A stretch of DNA of 64,000 bases. Origin: a virus. Positions 26,670 to 34,620 of this stretch are shown one piece after another (within the stretch, counting starts at the first letter, position 1; every line of letters starts with the position of its first letter). A program made the position numbers and the translations under genes. Location of the stretch: IMG/VR virus record IMGVR_UViG_3300030390_001550, positions 26,232 to 90,231 of that record. The stretch is one strand, 5' to 3'. The notes under the pieces are model-generated. The model was not told where the DNA came from. It searched no databases and was given only the letters and a program-made list of their open reading frames with translations.

Positions 26670-26882
26670 ATGACTAAATATGATAAAAGACATGGTGGCC
26701 CATACGATAGGGGTAGTGCAGATTCTTGGTATCGGCGTGGAGTTGAACCTCACTATTGGTCGCAAGGTACTGGTAGTGGTATAAAAACAGAAGAAAAAGA
26801 TATGACGCCCGATGAAATAAAAGCGTATCTTGCTGGCTATGATGAAAATGAAAGTTCTGGCTGTCACAAGGATTGGTTTTAA
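26670..26882 (+). CDS. conserved phage hypothetical protein
   Basis: RHGGPYDRGSADSWY.R...PHY...Y.AGY...KDW. Confidence 0.7.
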   Translation: MTKYDKRHGGPYDRGSADSWYRRGVEPHYWSQGTGSGIKTEEKDMTPDEIKAYLAGYDENESSGCHKDWF

Positions 26883-26893
26883 GGAGCAATAAG

Positions 26894-27100
26894 ATGGCAA
26901 TATATCGTCACGATAACCTAATACTAGATTTGTCTGGTCCTAGTAATGCCAAAGCAAAAGTGTATCGTGATGGTATGTTACTTTTTCAAGGACAAAGCGG
27001 ATATGCGGTTCCTTTATTTGTAAAAGAATGTAACGACAAAGATGTAACCTTTAAATTTTATTCACAAACCACTAGACAAAATTTGACAAATGGGTTATAA
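26894..27100 (+). CDS. hypothetical protein
   Basis: AAGGAG RBS. Confidence 0.55.
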   Translation: MAIYRHDNLILDLSGPSNAKAKVYRDGMLLFQGQSGYAVPLFVKECNDKDVTFKFYSQTTRQNLTNGL

Positions 27101-27128
27101 TGGTAAAAATAATGATTCGGAGAAAAGT

Positions 27129-27398
27129 ATGAAAACAGCGACTACTCAAGCAGATCGTATGGCACTTATTGCAGAGGTTCACCAACGACATAAAAAGTTA
27201 AAAAGGTTAAAATTAAACAGTAAAAAGCGTCCAATGATCAAACGAGATTTCGCTAAAATCGTGGTAGATGATACTGATGAAAATATCAACCATTATACTG
27301 ATGCAAGTAAATATGCAAAAGAATATTATGCGGATATTTTATACCAAACAATTAAGTATGATAATCCAGGTGTTGGTGAAGATTGGGGTGATTATTGA
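27129..27398 (+). CDS. hypothetical protein
   Basis: GGAG RBS. Confidence 0.55.
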   Translation: MKTATTQADRMALIAEVHQRHKKLKRLKLNSKKRPMIKRDFAKIVVDDTDENINHYTDASKYAKEYYADILYQTIKYDNPGVGEDWGDY

Positions 27399-27763
27399 TG
27401 GAAGTCAATACTCATGGGATTGAAGAAGAAGAAAATGAACATGCCATAGAACGGCGTGTTTATATGGATATTACGCCCAGACCAAAACAATCTGAAATCG
27501 TTACTTCTCTTAAAAATCAAGCGGGTAAAGAATGGCAGTCTAGATGTACGGAACATTTTGCGTGGAAAGCGGCAGATCATATAATTGAACTTGAAAATAA
27601 TGCAATCTTAGAAAATGAAATCCAAATTATTATGTGGAAATCTTTAGAGAGAGTTAAAATCCAACAAAATGAACTGGAAGAAGAAAATAAATTCCTAAAA
27701 GGACTTATTAACAAGTATCATTTGGAGCATGATGCCTTTACTGGAAAGGGAAATATAACATGA
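27395..27763 (+). CDS. hypothetical protein
   Basis: Overlapping ORF, WKAADHIIELE. Confidence 0.55.
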   Translation: MMEVNTHGIEEEENEHAIERRVYMDITPRPKQSEIVTSLKNQAGKEWQSRCTEHFAWKAADHIIELENNAILENEIQIIMWKSLERVKIQQNELEEENKFLKGLINKYHLEHDAFTGKGNIT

Positions 27764-28104
27764 CTATGCATCTTATGCGAGGTATGTCCTCAAACAGTAC
27801 AAAGAAACGTAAATTGAAAAGAAGTCCGGGCTGGAAAAAACGCCAAGAGGAACATAACGCATTTCTTAAAAAAATGGGAGTGAGCGATAGACCTAGCACC
27901 TATCGCTCAGATATGCCTGATTTAAGTGTCCGAAAAATGCCACAAACTTCAGACAGTATTTGTTCAAATGGTTTGAAAAAAGAAACACCGACTTACACTG
28001 GAAATGAAATTGCTGGTATTGTGACAACACACAAGAGTAATCTTATGCCAATTCGTAAAGATAATAAAAATGCGGCAATTGATGCTGCTAATATGCGGAG
28101 ATAA
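27760..28104 (+). CDS. conserved T4-like basic hypothetical protein
   Basis: YTG..I.GI...HKSNLMPI...A.MRR. Confidence 0.65.
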   Translation: MTMHLMRGMSSNSTKKRKLKRSPGWKKRQEEHNAFLKKMGVSDRPSTYRSDMPDLSVRKMPQTSDSICSNGLKKETPTYTGNEIAGIVTTHKSNLMPIRKDNKNAAIDAANMRR

Positions 28105-28105
28105 T

Positions 28106-28336
28106 ATGTTTACAGTAGAACATGAATTTGATTACTCTACAGTGGTTGTTATGGATAATCATAATAAAGCAGACGATGTTGAAATTATATTTGATGAAGA
28201 ATATGTATATGTAAGACAGTATGATAAAGAAGATGATTTTAATATCGTTGTAATAACTCCACAAATGTTTAAAGAAATAATTGCTGCCTATAATATGTCA
28301 GAGGGTTCATATGTAACTGGAAAATTTAAAAAATGA
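28106..28336 (+). CDS. hypothetical protein
   Basis: GGAG RBS, MFTVEHEFD...EGSY. Confidence 0.6.
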   Translation: MFTVEHEFDYSTVVVMDNHNKADDVEIIFDEEYVYVRQYDKEDDFNIVVITPQMFKEIIAAYNMSEGSYVTGKFKK

Positions 28337-28626
28337 ACTTGGCGAGACACGCGAACAAAATTATTAAGATTAACCCTAATATGATGATACCGTATTATCT
28401 TATGGCATCATATGCTTATTATGAAGAATCTGATCCAATTTTTTCTGATAGTTACTTTGATAATTTGGCTAAAAATATTTTAAAAGAATGGGATAACTTA
28501 GATCATTACCATAAACATCTACTAGATAGAGATGTTCTTGAAGCAGGAAGTTATATTGGAAAATATCCAACAATCGTAATTGACTCTTTAGATGAATTGA
28601 AAAAAGGAAAAAATAATGCTAATTAA
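28333..28626 (+). CDS. stand-alone NAD+-dependent DNA ligase domain Ia-like protein
   Basis: [19 protein letters not shown] resembles the YY..D.P.ISDAEYD signature. Confidence 0.6.
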   Translation: MNLARHANKIIKINPNMMIPYYLMASYAYYEESDPIFSDSYFDNLAKNILKEWDNLDHYHKHLLDRDVLEAGSYIGKYPTIVIDSLDELKKGKNNAN

Positions 28627-29629
28627 TGATGATGTTAAACTTGATTATTCTGACGTTTTGATCAGACCAAAACGATCAACACTAACTTCGCGGTATGATG
28701 TTGACTTAGAGAGAAAATACAAATTTAAACATAGTAAAAAAACTTGGATGGGAACTCCAATTATGGCATCAAACATGGATACTGTGGGAACATTTTCCAT
28801 GGCAGATGTGTTGACTAATTATAATATGATAACTTGCCTCGCCAAACATTATAATGCAGAAGGTGTATGGCCCACTAAAATTCTAGAGCCAAATCATTTA
28901 TGCGTTATGGGTGGAATATCTGATACTGACATTCAAAACACTCAAAAAATATACCAATCAAGTGAAGCATTTTTCATTGGTTTAGATGTAGCCAATGGCT
29001 ACACAATTAGTTTTGTAGATGCTGTAAAGAAAATGCGTGATTTAGAACCAGACGCTACAATTATTGCGGGTAATGTTGTCACTGCTGATATGACGCAAGA
29101 ACTAATCCTTGCTGGTGCAGACATTGTAAAAGTTGGTGTTGGTCCTGGTTCAGTTTGTACAACAAGAATTAAAACTGGTATTGGTATGCCTCAACTGAGT
29201 GCGGTTATTGAATGTGCTGATGCAGCGCATGGTATGGATGCTCATATCATTGCGGATGGTGGATGTACTACTTCTGGTGATATGGTGAAAGCATTTGCCG
29301 CAGGTGCAGATTTTGTAATGATTGGTGGTATGCTTGCTGGGCATGATGAATGTGATGGTATTATAGACAATGGTAAAATGAAATTTTATGGTATGGCGTC
29401 AGGCTCTGCGATGGATAGACACAAAGTTGGTCATAGAGAATATAGAGGCGTTGAAGGTAAAACCGTCACAGTAGATCATAAAGGGCCAGTGGAGTTAACA
29501 CTAATTGATATTTTATCTGGCATCAGATCAGCGTGTACTTATGTTGGTGCAAGCAGATTAAAAGATTTATCAAAATGCGCGACATTTGTAAGAGTAAATA
29601 ATACGCATAATACAGTTTATGGCTCTTGA
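28616..29629 (+). CDS. guaC: GMP reductase
   Basis: [65 protein letters not shown]. Confidence 0.93.
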   Translation: MLINDDVKLDYSDVLIRPKRSTLTSRYDVDLERKYKFKHSKKTWMGTPIMASNMDTVGTFSMADVLTNYNMITCLAKHYNAEGVWPTKILEPNHLCVMGGISDTDIQNTQKIYQSSEAFFIGLDVANGYTISFVDAVKKMRDLEPDATIIAGNVVTADMTQELILAGADIVKVGVGPGSVCTTRIKTGIGMPQLSAVIECADAAHGMDAHIIADGGCTTSGDMVKAFAAGADFVMIGGMLAGHDECDGIIDNGKMKFYGMASGSAMDRHKVGHREYRGVEGKTVTVDHKGPVELTLIDILSGIRSACTYVGASRLKDLSKCATFVRVNNTHNTVYGS

Positions 29630-29688
29630 CAGTGGTTAATTCTTCTGCTAATTTATAAGAGTAAAGAGAATCATCTAGTCTTGAAAGG
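29626..29688 (+). promoter_or_regulatory. early promoter + leader cassette
   Basis: TTGACA-17-TAATTT-ATAAGAGTAAAGAGAATCA-tctagt-CTTGAAAGG. Confidence 0.8.
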
Positions 29689-29695
29689 ACGCATC

Positions 29696-29899
29696 ATGAA
29701 CTTACATATCGGTTTAGACATTATCGGAAATTTCGGTGCTACGGTTTCGGAAATGTACGGTCGAATCTCTAGGATAGACGGTAATCTAATTGATGTGAAG
29801 TGGTCAAACGGTTCTCTCCACTATATCACCGCAGAGGATATTCGGGACGATTACTGCGATAGCAATCTGATTGGTTTTTATATCAATCCTTTTAAATAG
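29696..29899 (+). CDS. hypothetical early protein
   Basis: ATG after GAAAGGA. Confidence 0.6.
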   Translation: MNLHIGLDIIGNFGATVSEMYGRISRIDGNLIDVKWSNGSLHYITAEDIRDDYCDSNLIGFYINPFK

Positions 29900-29901
29900 G
29901 G

Positions 29902-29964
29902 TTGACAATCAAGTAAAAATTGTCTATATTATAAAAGTAAAGAGAATCACATAGTCTTGAAAGG
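29902..29964 (+). promoter_or_regulatory. early promoter + leader cassette
   Basis: TTGACA-17-TATATT-ATAAAAGTAAAGAGAATCA-catagt-CTTGAAAGG. Confidence 0.8.
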
Positions 29965-29971
29965 ACACAAC

Positions 29972-30319
29972 ATGACTGATATCACTTCTAATGTAAATGC
30001 TCTGATTTCAGATATTATTTCAGACTATGGAAAACGATCAAAATCTTCTGATCCATCTCTTGCTGACCATATAGCAAAAATGGACAAAGAATTTGCAGAA
30101 AAAATCACATTCACTGTGGGTAAGAAATATATCCGAATTGTAAATGGCTCTGGTGGAGTGTGGGGTTTTATTGTCAATACTGCTGACGATAAGAAATTCA
30201 ATCTTGGCGATATTCTTATGGCTGCTGGTTGGAAAACTCCAGCGCGGAATTCATCTCGCGGAAATGTTGTTGATGGTGATTATAGCATCTCTTGGACAGG
30301 TCCGGGATACCTTCGCTGA
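29972..30319 (+). CDS. conserved phage early protein
   Basis: GKKYIRIV...VWGFI...GDILMAAGWKTPARN..RGN...WTGPGYLR. Confidence 0.7.
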   Translation: MTDITSNVNALISDIISDYGKRSKSSDPSLADHIAKMDKEFAEKITFTVGKKYIRIVNGSGGVWGFIVNTADDKKFNLGDILMAAGWKTPARNSSRGNVVDGDYSISWTGPGYLR

Positions 30320-30470
30320 TGAAAACTGAAGTATATGAAATTTCAGTGGATGGTAAGTTCGTAACTACCATCCGCGAAATAAGTGAATTTTGTGCGATAA
30401 ACAAATTCAAAGATATGTGGGATTATCCAAAGAATGGAAAAATCATTGCAAAAATATGGGAGCCTAAGTT

Positions 30471-30731
30471 ATGAAATTTTCTGAGTTAGAATTTGAACCT
30501 ATGAGTAACGGTGGCAATCGTGCAGTTGTGCGGTTTGGTGACTATGGATTATCTATCATAGATAATGGGTATGGCAGAGAACGTGATTTATATGAAGTAG
30601 GTACATTTTATAAGAATAAACTTGCAAACCTCTTACCTTCCCATACTGGTGATGATACTGTTGTAGGTAATTGTACTGAAAGTCATGTTGAGTTTGTTAT
30701 AGAAGCAATGAAAACAAGAAGTTTATGGTAA
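30471..30731 (+). CDS. hypothetical protein
   Basis: YGLSII...YG...LYEV. Confidence 0.55.
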   Translation: MKFSELEFEPMSNGGNRAVVRFGDYGLSIIDNGYGRERDLYEVGTFYKNKLANLLPSHTGDDTVVGNCTESHVEFVIEAMKTRSLW

Positions 30732-30740
30732 GGGGATTAC

Positions 30741-30932
30741 GTGGTTAATACTTATGAAGATGATGACGATGTTGTTCTGACAGCCTTCAATAATTACCAA
30801 ATAGCAATTTTAAAAGAAGAAATTGATCGTATTTCCGCGCTAGATGATTGCGATTATCATAATAACATTTTAATATATTTGAATACAAGAGTAACTACAC
30901 TTCGCGCTCTAAAATTCAAAATTGCGTTCTAA
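30741..30932 (+). CDS. hypothetical protein (paralog of 30960-31160)
   Basis: I.IL.EEI...L..DC...L..R..L pattern. Confidence 0.45.
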   Translation: MVNTYEDDDDVVLTAFNNYQIAILKEEIDRISALDDCDYHNNILIYLNTRVTTLRALKFKIAF

Positions 30933-30943
30933 AATTCAAAATC
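30904..30943. repeat. 20-bp tandem duplication
   Basis: GCGCTCTAAAATTCAAAATT / GCGTTCTAAAATTCAAAATC. Confidence 0.75.
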
Positions 30944-30959
30944 TATAGGGAGATAATTA

Positions 30960-31160
30960 ATGGGAATGGAGAATGAAAACTATGTTTGGGAACCAATTAA
31001 ACACATTGATAATGTGCGAATACAAATTCTACAAGAAGAAATAGAGTATTATAGGACTCTAATTCAACCACATGATTGTGGTCATATCTATACTACCATA
31101 AGTTTTTTAGAACAAAGAATAAAAAATCTTGCTGGTGGTAAAAAGGAATTCCCTTTCTAA
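30960..31160 (+). CDS. hypothetical protein
   Basis: GGGAG RBS. Confidence 0.55.
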   Translation: MGMENENYVWEPIKHIDNVRIQILQEEIEYYRTLIQPHDCGHIYTTISFLEQRIKNLAGGKKEFPF

Positions 31161-31212
31161 TATTAGGCCATTTTTCAACTTTGTGGTTAAGTATAAATAA
31201 TTAAAATATAAG

Positions 31213-31241
31213 TTGACAACTTAAACAAACTATGATACAAT
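31213..31241 (+). promoter_or_regulatory. sigma70-type promoter (late TATAAATA also at 31192-31199)
   Basis: TTGACA-17-TACAAT with extended TG. Confidence 0.7.
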
Positions 31242-31266
31242 TCAGTATATCATGAAAGGAAACTAT

Positions 31267-31521
31267 ATGCTAACGAAATCAGAACTAATTGAACAACTCC
31301 AAACTGGAGTTTATGAAGTAACATTTACAAAAGTAAATGGTGATAATCGTATTATGCCTTGTACTTTGATGGGAGATTATCTACCAGAGTTTGATACTAA
31401 ATTAAAAGAACCTAATCCTGTTGACACTGATCTAGATCGTATTTCAGTTTGGTGTACGGATGCTAACGCTTGGAGAGCATTTAAACCATCAAAACTCATT
31501 TCCTTTGAGCGGATGGTATGA
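31267..31521 (+). CDS. conserved T4-like SH3/WYL-like small protein
   Basis: VTFTKVNGDNRIMPCTL...VW....WRAF. Confidence 0.7.
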   Translation: MLTKSELIEQLQTGVYEVTFTKVNGDNRIMPCTLMGDYLPEFDTKLKEPNPVDTDLDRISVWCTDANAWRAFKPSKLISFERMV

Positions 31522-31772
31522 TTGTAATTGACCAATATATATTAAGCGCAATCGTCACGTTTGCGCTTTTTATTGCCTATCGTCTAGGACTTAAATCAGC
31601 AGTTGAAAAAAACGATACTCTTAGAGTAGAAAGAATTGTTGATCATACCGTTGATAAACTTTGTGACGAAGGTTACGTTGTCTATAAGAAACATGATGAT
31701 GGTGAGGTAGAATTAATTCAATTGCCAGAATGGATTTTAGAAAAAGAAGACTTGACTTTCATTGAAAAATAG
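31518..31772 (+). CDS. hypothetical membrane-anchored protein
   Basis: N-terminal hydrophobic helix. Confidence 0.55.
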   Translation: MIVIDQYILSAIVTFALFIAYRLGLKSAVEKNDTLRVERIVDHTVDKLCDEGYVVYKKHDDGEVELIQLPEWILEKEDLTFIEK

Positions 31773-31809
31773 TTTAGGGTTATGGAAATAATCACTAGGA
31801 GTGAACCAC

Positions 31810-32916
31810 ATGGCACAATCAAAAAAAAGAAAAACTTTCTCTAGAAAAACTAAAACTGGCTTTGCTGCTGCGCCGACTGATAACTTTCAACACTTCAATG
31901 ACTATATAAGGATAGAAGTGGATAGGAAAGATATCGCTATAAAAATAAAAAACCATGTGAAAAAGTCTCTATCTAAGGAAGATGCTAAAATTGCATTACA
32001 AGCACCAGAATGGGCAATCAGTCAATCTCCTGGTTTAGCAGCAACCATTGCATGGGCAGAACTACAATTAGAATTTCCTACTTGGTGGAACGCTGAAAAG
32101 GTTCTCACAAAACAAGTTAATGAAATTCTGCGTCTTGGCAAGCGTAAACTTTTAAATAAAACTGATAATATTGGAGTTGTTACGACTCCGAGAAAATCAC
32201 CAGCAGAAATTATTAAAGAGCGTACTAGTGATTTTATTGGTGGTATTGAAATTATTATTGATAATTGGAAAGATGAAAAAGATTTCTCCATTTATAGTGA
32301 AATGAAAAAACACGATGTGCCTTACATTACAGCCAAAACAACTTATGATCATTACGTCCCATTAAAAGATGAATTGGACGAATTAATAAACAAAAAAACT
32401 CCCGATCTTGTTGAGGGTTATTCATCTATGAAAGTGAGTGATCAGAAAAAATATCAAAAGTTTGTAAATAACATTCTTACTGACATTGAAAAATATATGA
32501 TAGCAAAGAAAGCAACTCGTAAGACACGTAAGCCTATAGTAAAATCTGCTGAAAAACAAGTAGCGAAAATTCAACACTTAAAGGACTCTGTAGAATTTAA
32601 ACTAGCGTCTATTAATCCATCATCCTTGATTGGAGCCATGCGAGTTTATTTATTCAATGTAAAGACTAGGGCATTAACCGAATTGGTTTGCGAAAAGAGT
32701 TGTGGTTTTGAGGTAAAAGGGACAACCCTTCAAGGTGTTGATCTTGCGGCATCAAGAGTTACAAAATTGCGTAAACCAGAGGTCTTTATTCCAATGGTAC
32801 TTAAAAAGACTTCAAACCAGATAAACAAAGAGTGGTCTAGTCTTACCACAAAAACAACTATCGCAAATGGTAGGATTAATAAAGATACCATAATTTTAAG
32901 GGCAATGAATAAATGA
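31810..32916 (+). CDS. conserved T4-like hypothetical protein upstream of gp33
   Basis: L.EGYS, SINP..LIGA, FNVKTR, VKGTTL, LRKP, NGRIN..TIIL. Confidence 0.7.
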   Translation: MAQSKKRKTFSRKTKTGFAAAPTDNFQHFNDYIRIEVDRKDIAIKIKNHVKKSLSKEDAKIALQAPEWAISQSPGLAATIAWAELQLEFPTWWNAEKVLTKQVNEILRLGKRKLLNKTDNIGVVTTPRKSPAEIIKERTSDFIGGIEIIIDNWKDEKDFSIYSEMKKHDVPYITAKTTYDHYVPLKDELDELINKKTPDLVEGYSSMKVSDQKKYQKFVNNILTDIEKYMIAKKATRKTRKPIVKSAEKQVAKIQHLKDSVEFKLASINPSSLIGAMRVYLFNVKTRALTELVCEKSCGFEVKGTTLQGVDLAASRVTKLRKPEVFIPMVLKKTSNQINKEWSSLTTKTTIANGRINKDTIILRAMNK

Positions 32917-33143
32917 TAGACAAAAGTTTTATGAACAGAGCAAAATTTAGCAAACTGATTGAGGAACAAGTAATTGATAAAAAACTAGGTTATATTGATG
33001 CAGTTGTTGAGGTGTGTGATATAACCAAACTTGAACCAGAAGATGTGAGCAAATTTATCTCACCAGTAATAAAGGAAAAGATTGAGGCTGAAGCAATGAG
33101 TCTTAATTTTTTACCTAAACAGAATGAATTGATTTTTGAATGA
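32913..33143 (+). CDS. gp33: late transcription coactivator gp33
   Basis: FSKLIE...YIDAVV..C...EPE.V.K.I...IKEKIEAEA..LNFL. Confidence 0.85.
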   Translation: MIDKSFMNRAKFSKLIEEQVIDKKLGYIDAVVEVCDITKLEPEDVSKFISPVIKEKIEAEAMSLNFLPKQNELIFE

Positions 33144-33313
33144 TACGGTGGTATGATTATTTTGTTATTGCAATAACGTCAGTTCTTATATTTCCGTTTG
33201 CAATGATAATACTACCACCAATTATAAATCTAAATGCAGTTTTCCCTTTATATGCCTTTTGGTGGTTTTGGGAAATGTATTGTGATAAAAGACAGAGTAT
33301 AGAAAATGTCTGA
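33140..33313 (+). CDS. small membrane protein
   Basis: MIRWYDYFVIAITSVLIFPF..., ATGA overlap. Confidence 0.45.
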   Translation: MIRWYDYFVIAITSVLIFPFAMIILPPIINLNAVFPLYAFWWFWEMYCDKRQSIENV

Positions 33314-33428
33314 TAAAGAGATAAAAGAATTTATAACAATGTTTAAAGGAGTACTACCAGACCCAGACAATTATCCAACATCTTTTGAATACTATTACCA
33401 ACTATACAAACATATAAAAGGAAAATAA
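33306..33428 (+). CDS. 40-aa hypothetical protein
   Basis: LPDPDNYPTSFEYY. Confidence 0.5.
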   Translation: MSDKEIKEFITMFKGVLPDPDNYPTSFEYYYQLYKHIKGK

Positions 33429-33429
33429 A

Positions 33430-33624
33430 ATGTTTGAACTGATTTTTATCGCGTCACTCTTTCTAAATGATAACGAAGATTTTTTTGCTGCAAGTGAAGC
33501 AAATCAAAAAGCGGGTACTACATGGCAATATGTGGGAACAAAGCCTGTACCAGATGGTCATGTTGCAATTCCATCAGTGAATCCAGACACTGGTAAAGAG
33601 ACTATTATTTTTCAGAGAAAGTAA
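33430..33624 (+). CDS. hypothetical protein
   Basis: AAGGA RBS. Confidence 0.5.
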   Translation: MFELIFIASLFLNDNEDFFAASEANQKAGTTWQYVGTKPVPDGHVAIPSVNPDTGKETIIFQRK

Positions 33625-33638
33625 TCTGATAAATATGG

Positions 33639-33667
33639 TTGACACACACACAAAAATATGATATAAT
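33639..33667 (+). promoter_or_regulatory. sigma70-type promoter for gp32
   Basis: TTGACA-17-TATAAT with extended TG. Confidence 0.8.
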
Positions 33668-33723
33668 ACAGATATACTAAAAAATATTACAGCAATAATT
33701 CAGCATATATGGAGAAATAAAAT

Positions 33724-34620
33724 ATGTCTTTTGCAAATCTAAAACGTAATCGTGGTCAGATTGACCGATTAAGTGCTGCCGCAACAGCAACACAAACCAC
33801 TACAAAATCTTATGTGGATGAACGCATGTGGAAACCCACTGTTGATAAACAGAATAATGGCTATGCTGTTATTCGTTTCTTGCCAGATGGGAAAGAAGGT
33901 TCTGAAGTACATTTTGTACGTTATTGGGATCATGCCTTTAAAGGTCCAACTGGTAAATGGTACATTGAGAAGTCTTTGACTTCAATTGAACAACAAGACC
34001 CAGTTGGTGAATACAATTCCAAACTTTGGAATAGTGGTATTGAATCTGATAAAGAAACAGCGCGGCGTCAAAAGCGGCGTCTGCATCATGTTTCAAATAT
34101 TCTGGTAGTTTCTGATCCAGGAAATCCAGAAAATGAAGGCAAAGTTTTCATGTACCAATATGGTAAGAAAATCTTTGATAAACTTATGGATGCTTGGTCG
34201 CCAGAATTTGCAGATGAAACACCTATGAATCCATTTTGTATGTGGGAAGGTGCAGATTTCAAACTTAAAATTCGTGATGTTGAAGGTTATCGTAATTACG
34301 ATAAATCTGAATTTTCCTCAACTCGCGTATTATCAGAAAGTGATGAACGCTTGGAAGAAGTATATGACAAGTGTTACGATCTTTCAGAGTTTACTGATCC
34401 AGCAAACTATAAGTCTTATGCAGAACTAGAAACTAAGATGCGTAATGTTTTAGGTCAAACTGAACCTCAACCAACAATGGCACAAACTGCTTCATTGGGT
34501 GTGGAAAAGGCTCCAGCATTGGATGATAATATTCCAGATTATGCTGCGCCTAAAAAGACAGAAGTAGAAGGCGAAGATAATACTATGGATTACTTTGCAA
34601 GTCTAGTTAACGAAGACTAA
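33724..34620 (+). CDS. gp32: single-stranded DNA-binding protein gp32 (Zn-less type)
   Basis: MSFANLKR, D.R.WKP..DK..NGYAVIRFLP, HAFKGP.GKWYIE, YGKKIFDK, GADFKLK, NYDKSEF, acidic tail. Confidence 0.95.
   Translation: MSFANLKRNRGQIDRLSAAATATQTTTKSYVDERMWKPTVDKQNNGYAVIRFLPDGKEGSEVHFVRYWDHAFKGPTGKWYIEKSLTSIEQQDPVGEYNSKLWNSGIESDKETARRQKRRLHHVSNILVVSDPGNPENEGKVFMYQYGKKIFDKLMDAWSPEFADETPMNPFCMWEGADFKLKIRDVEGYRNYDKSEFSSTRVLSESDERLEEVYDKCYDLSEFTDPANYKSYAELETKMRNVLGQTEPQPTMAQTASLGVEKAPALDDNIPDYAAPKKTEVEGEDNTMDYFASLVNED

Noticed and set aside
25039-29964. 28-nt repeats as a CRISPR array
   Set aside because: Spacing is hundreds to thousands of nt with whole genes between; each copy follows a -35/-10 promoter and ends in an RBS; no cas genes
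25088-29971. ORF-track starts MKG... at 25088, 26232, 29681, 29957
   Set aside because: The TTG lies inside the leader CTTGAAAGG that provides the RBS; true ATGs are 14-15 nt downstream
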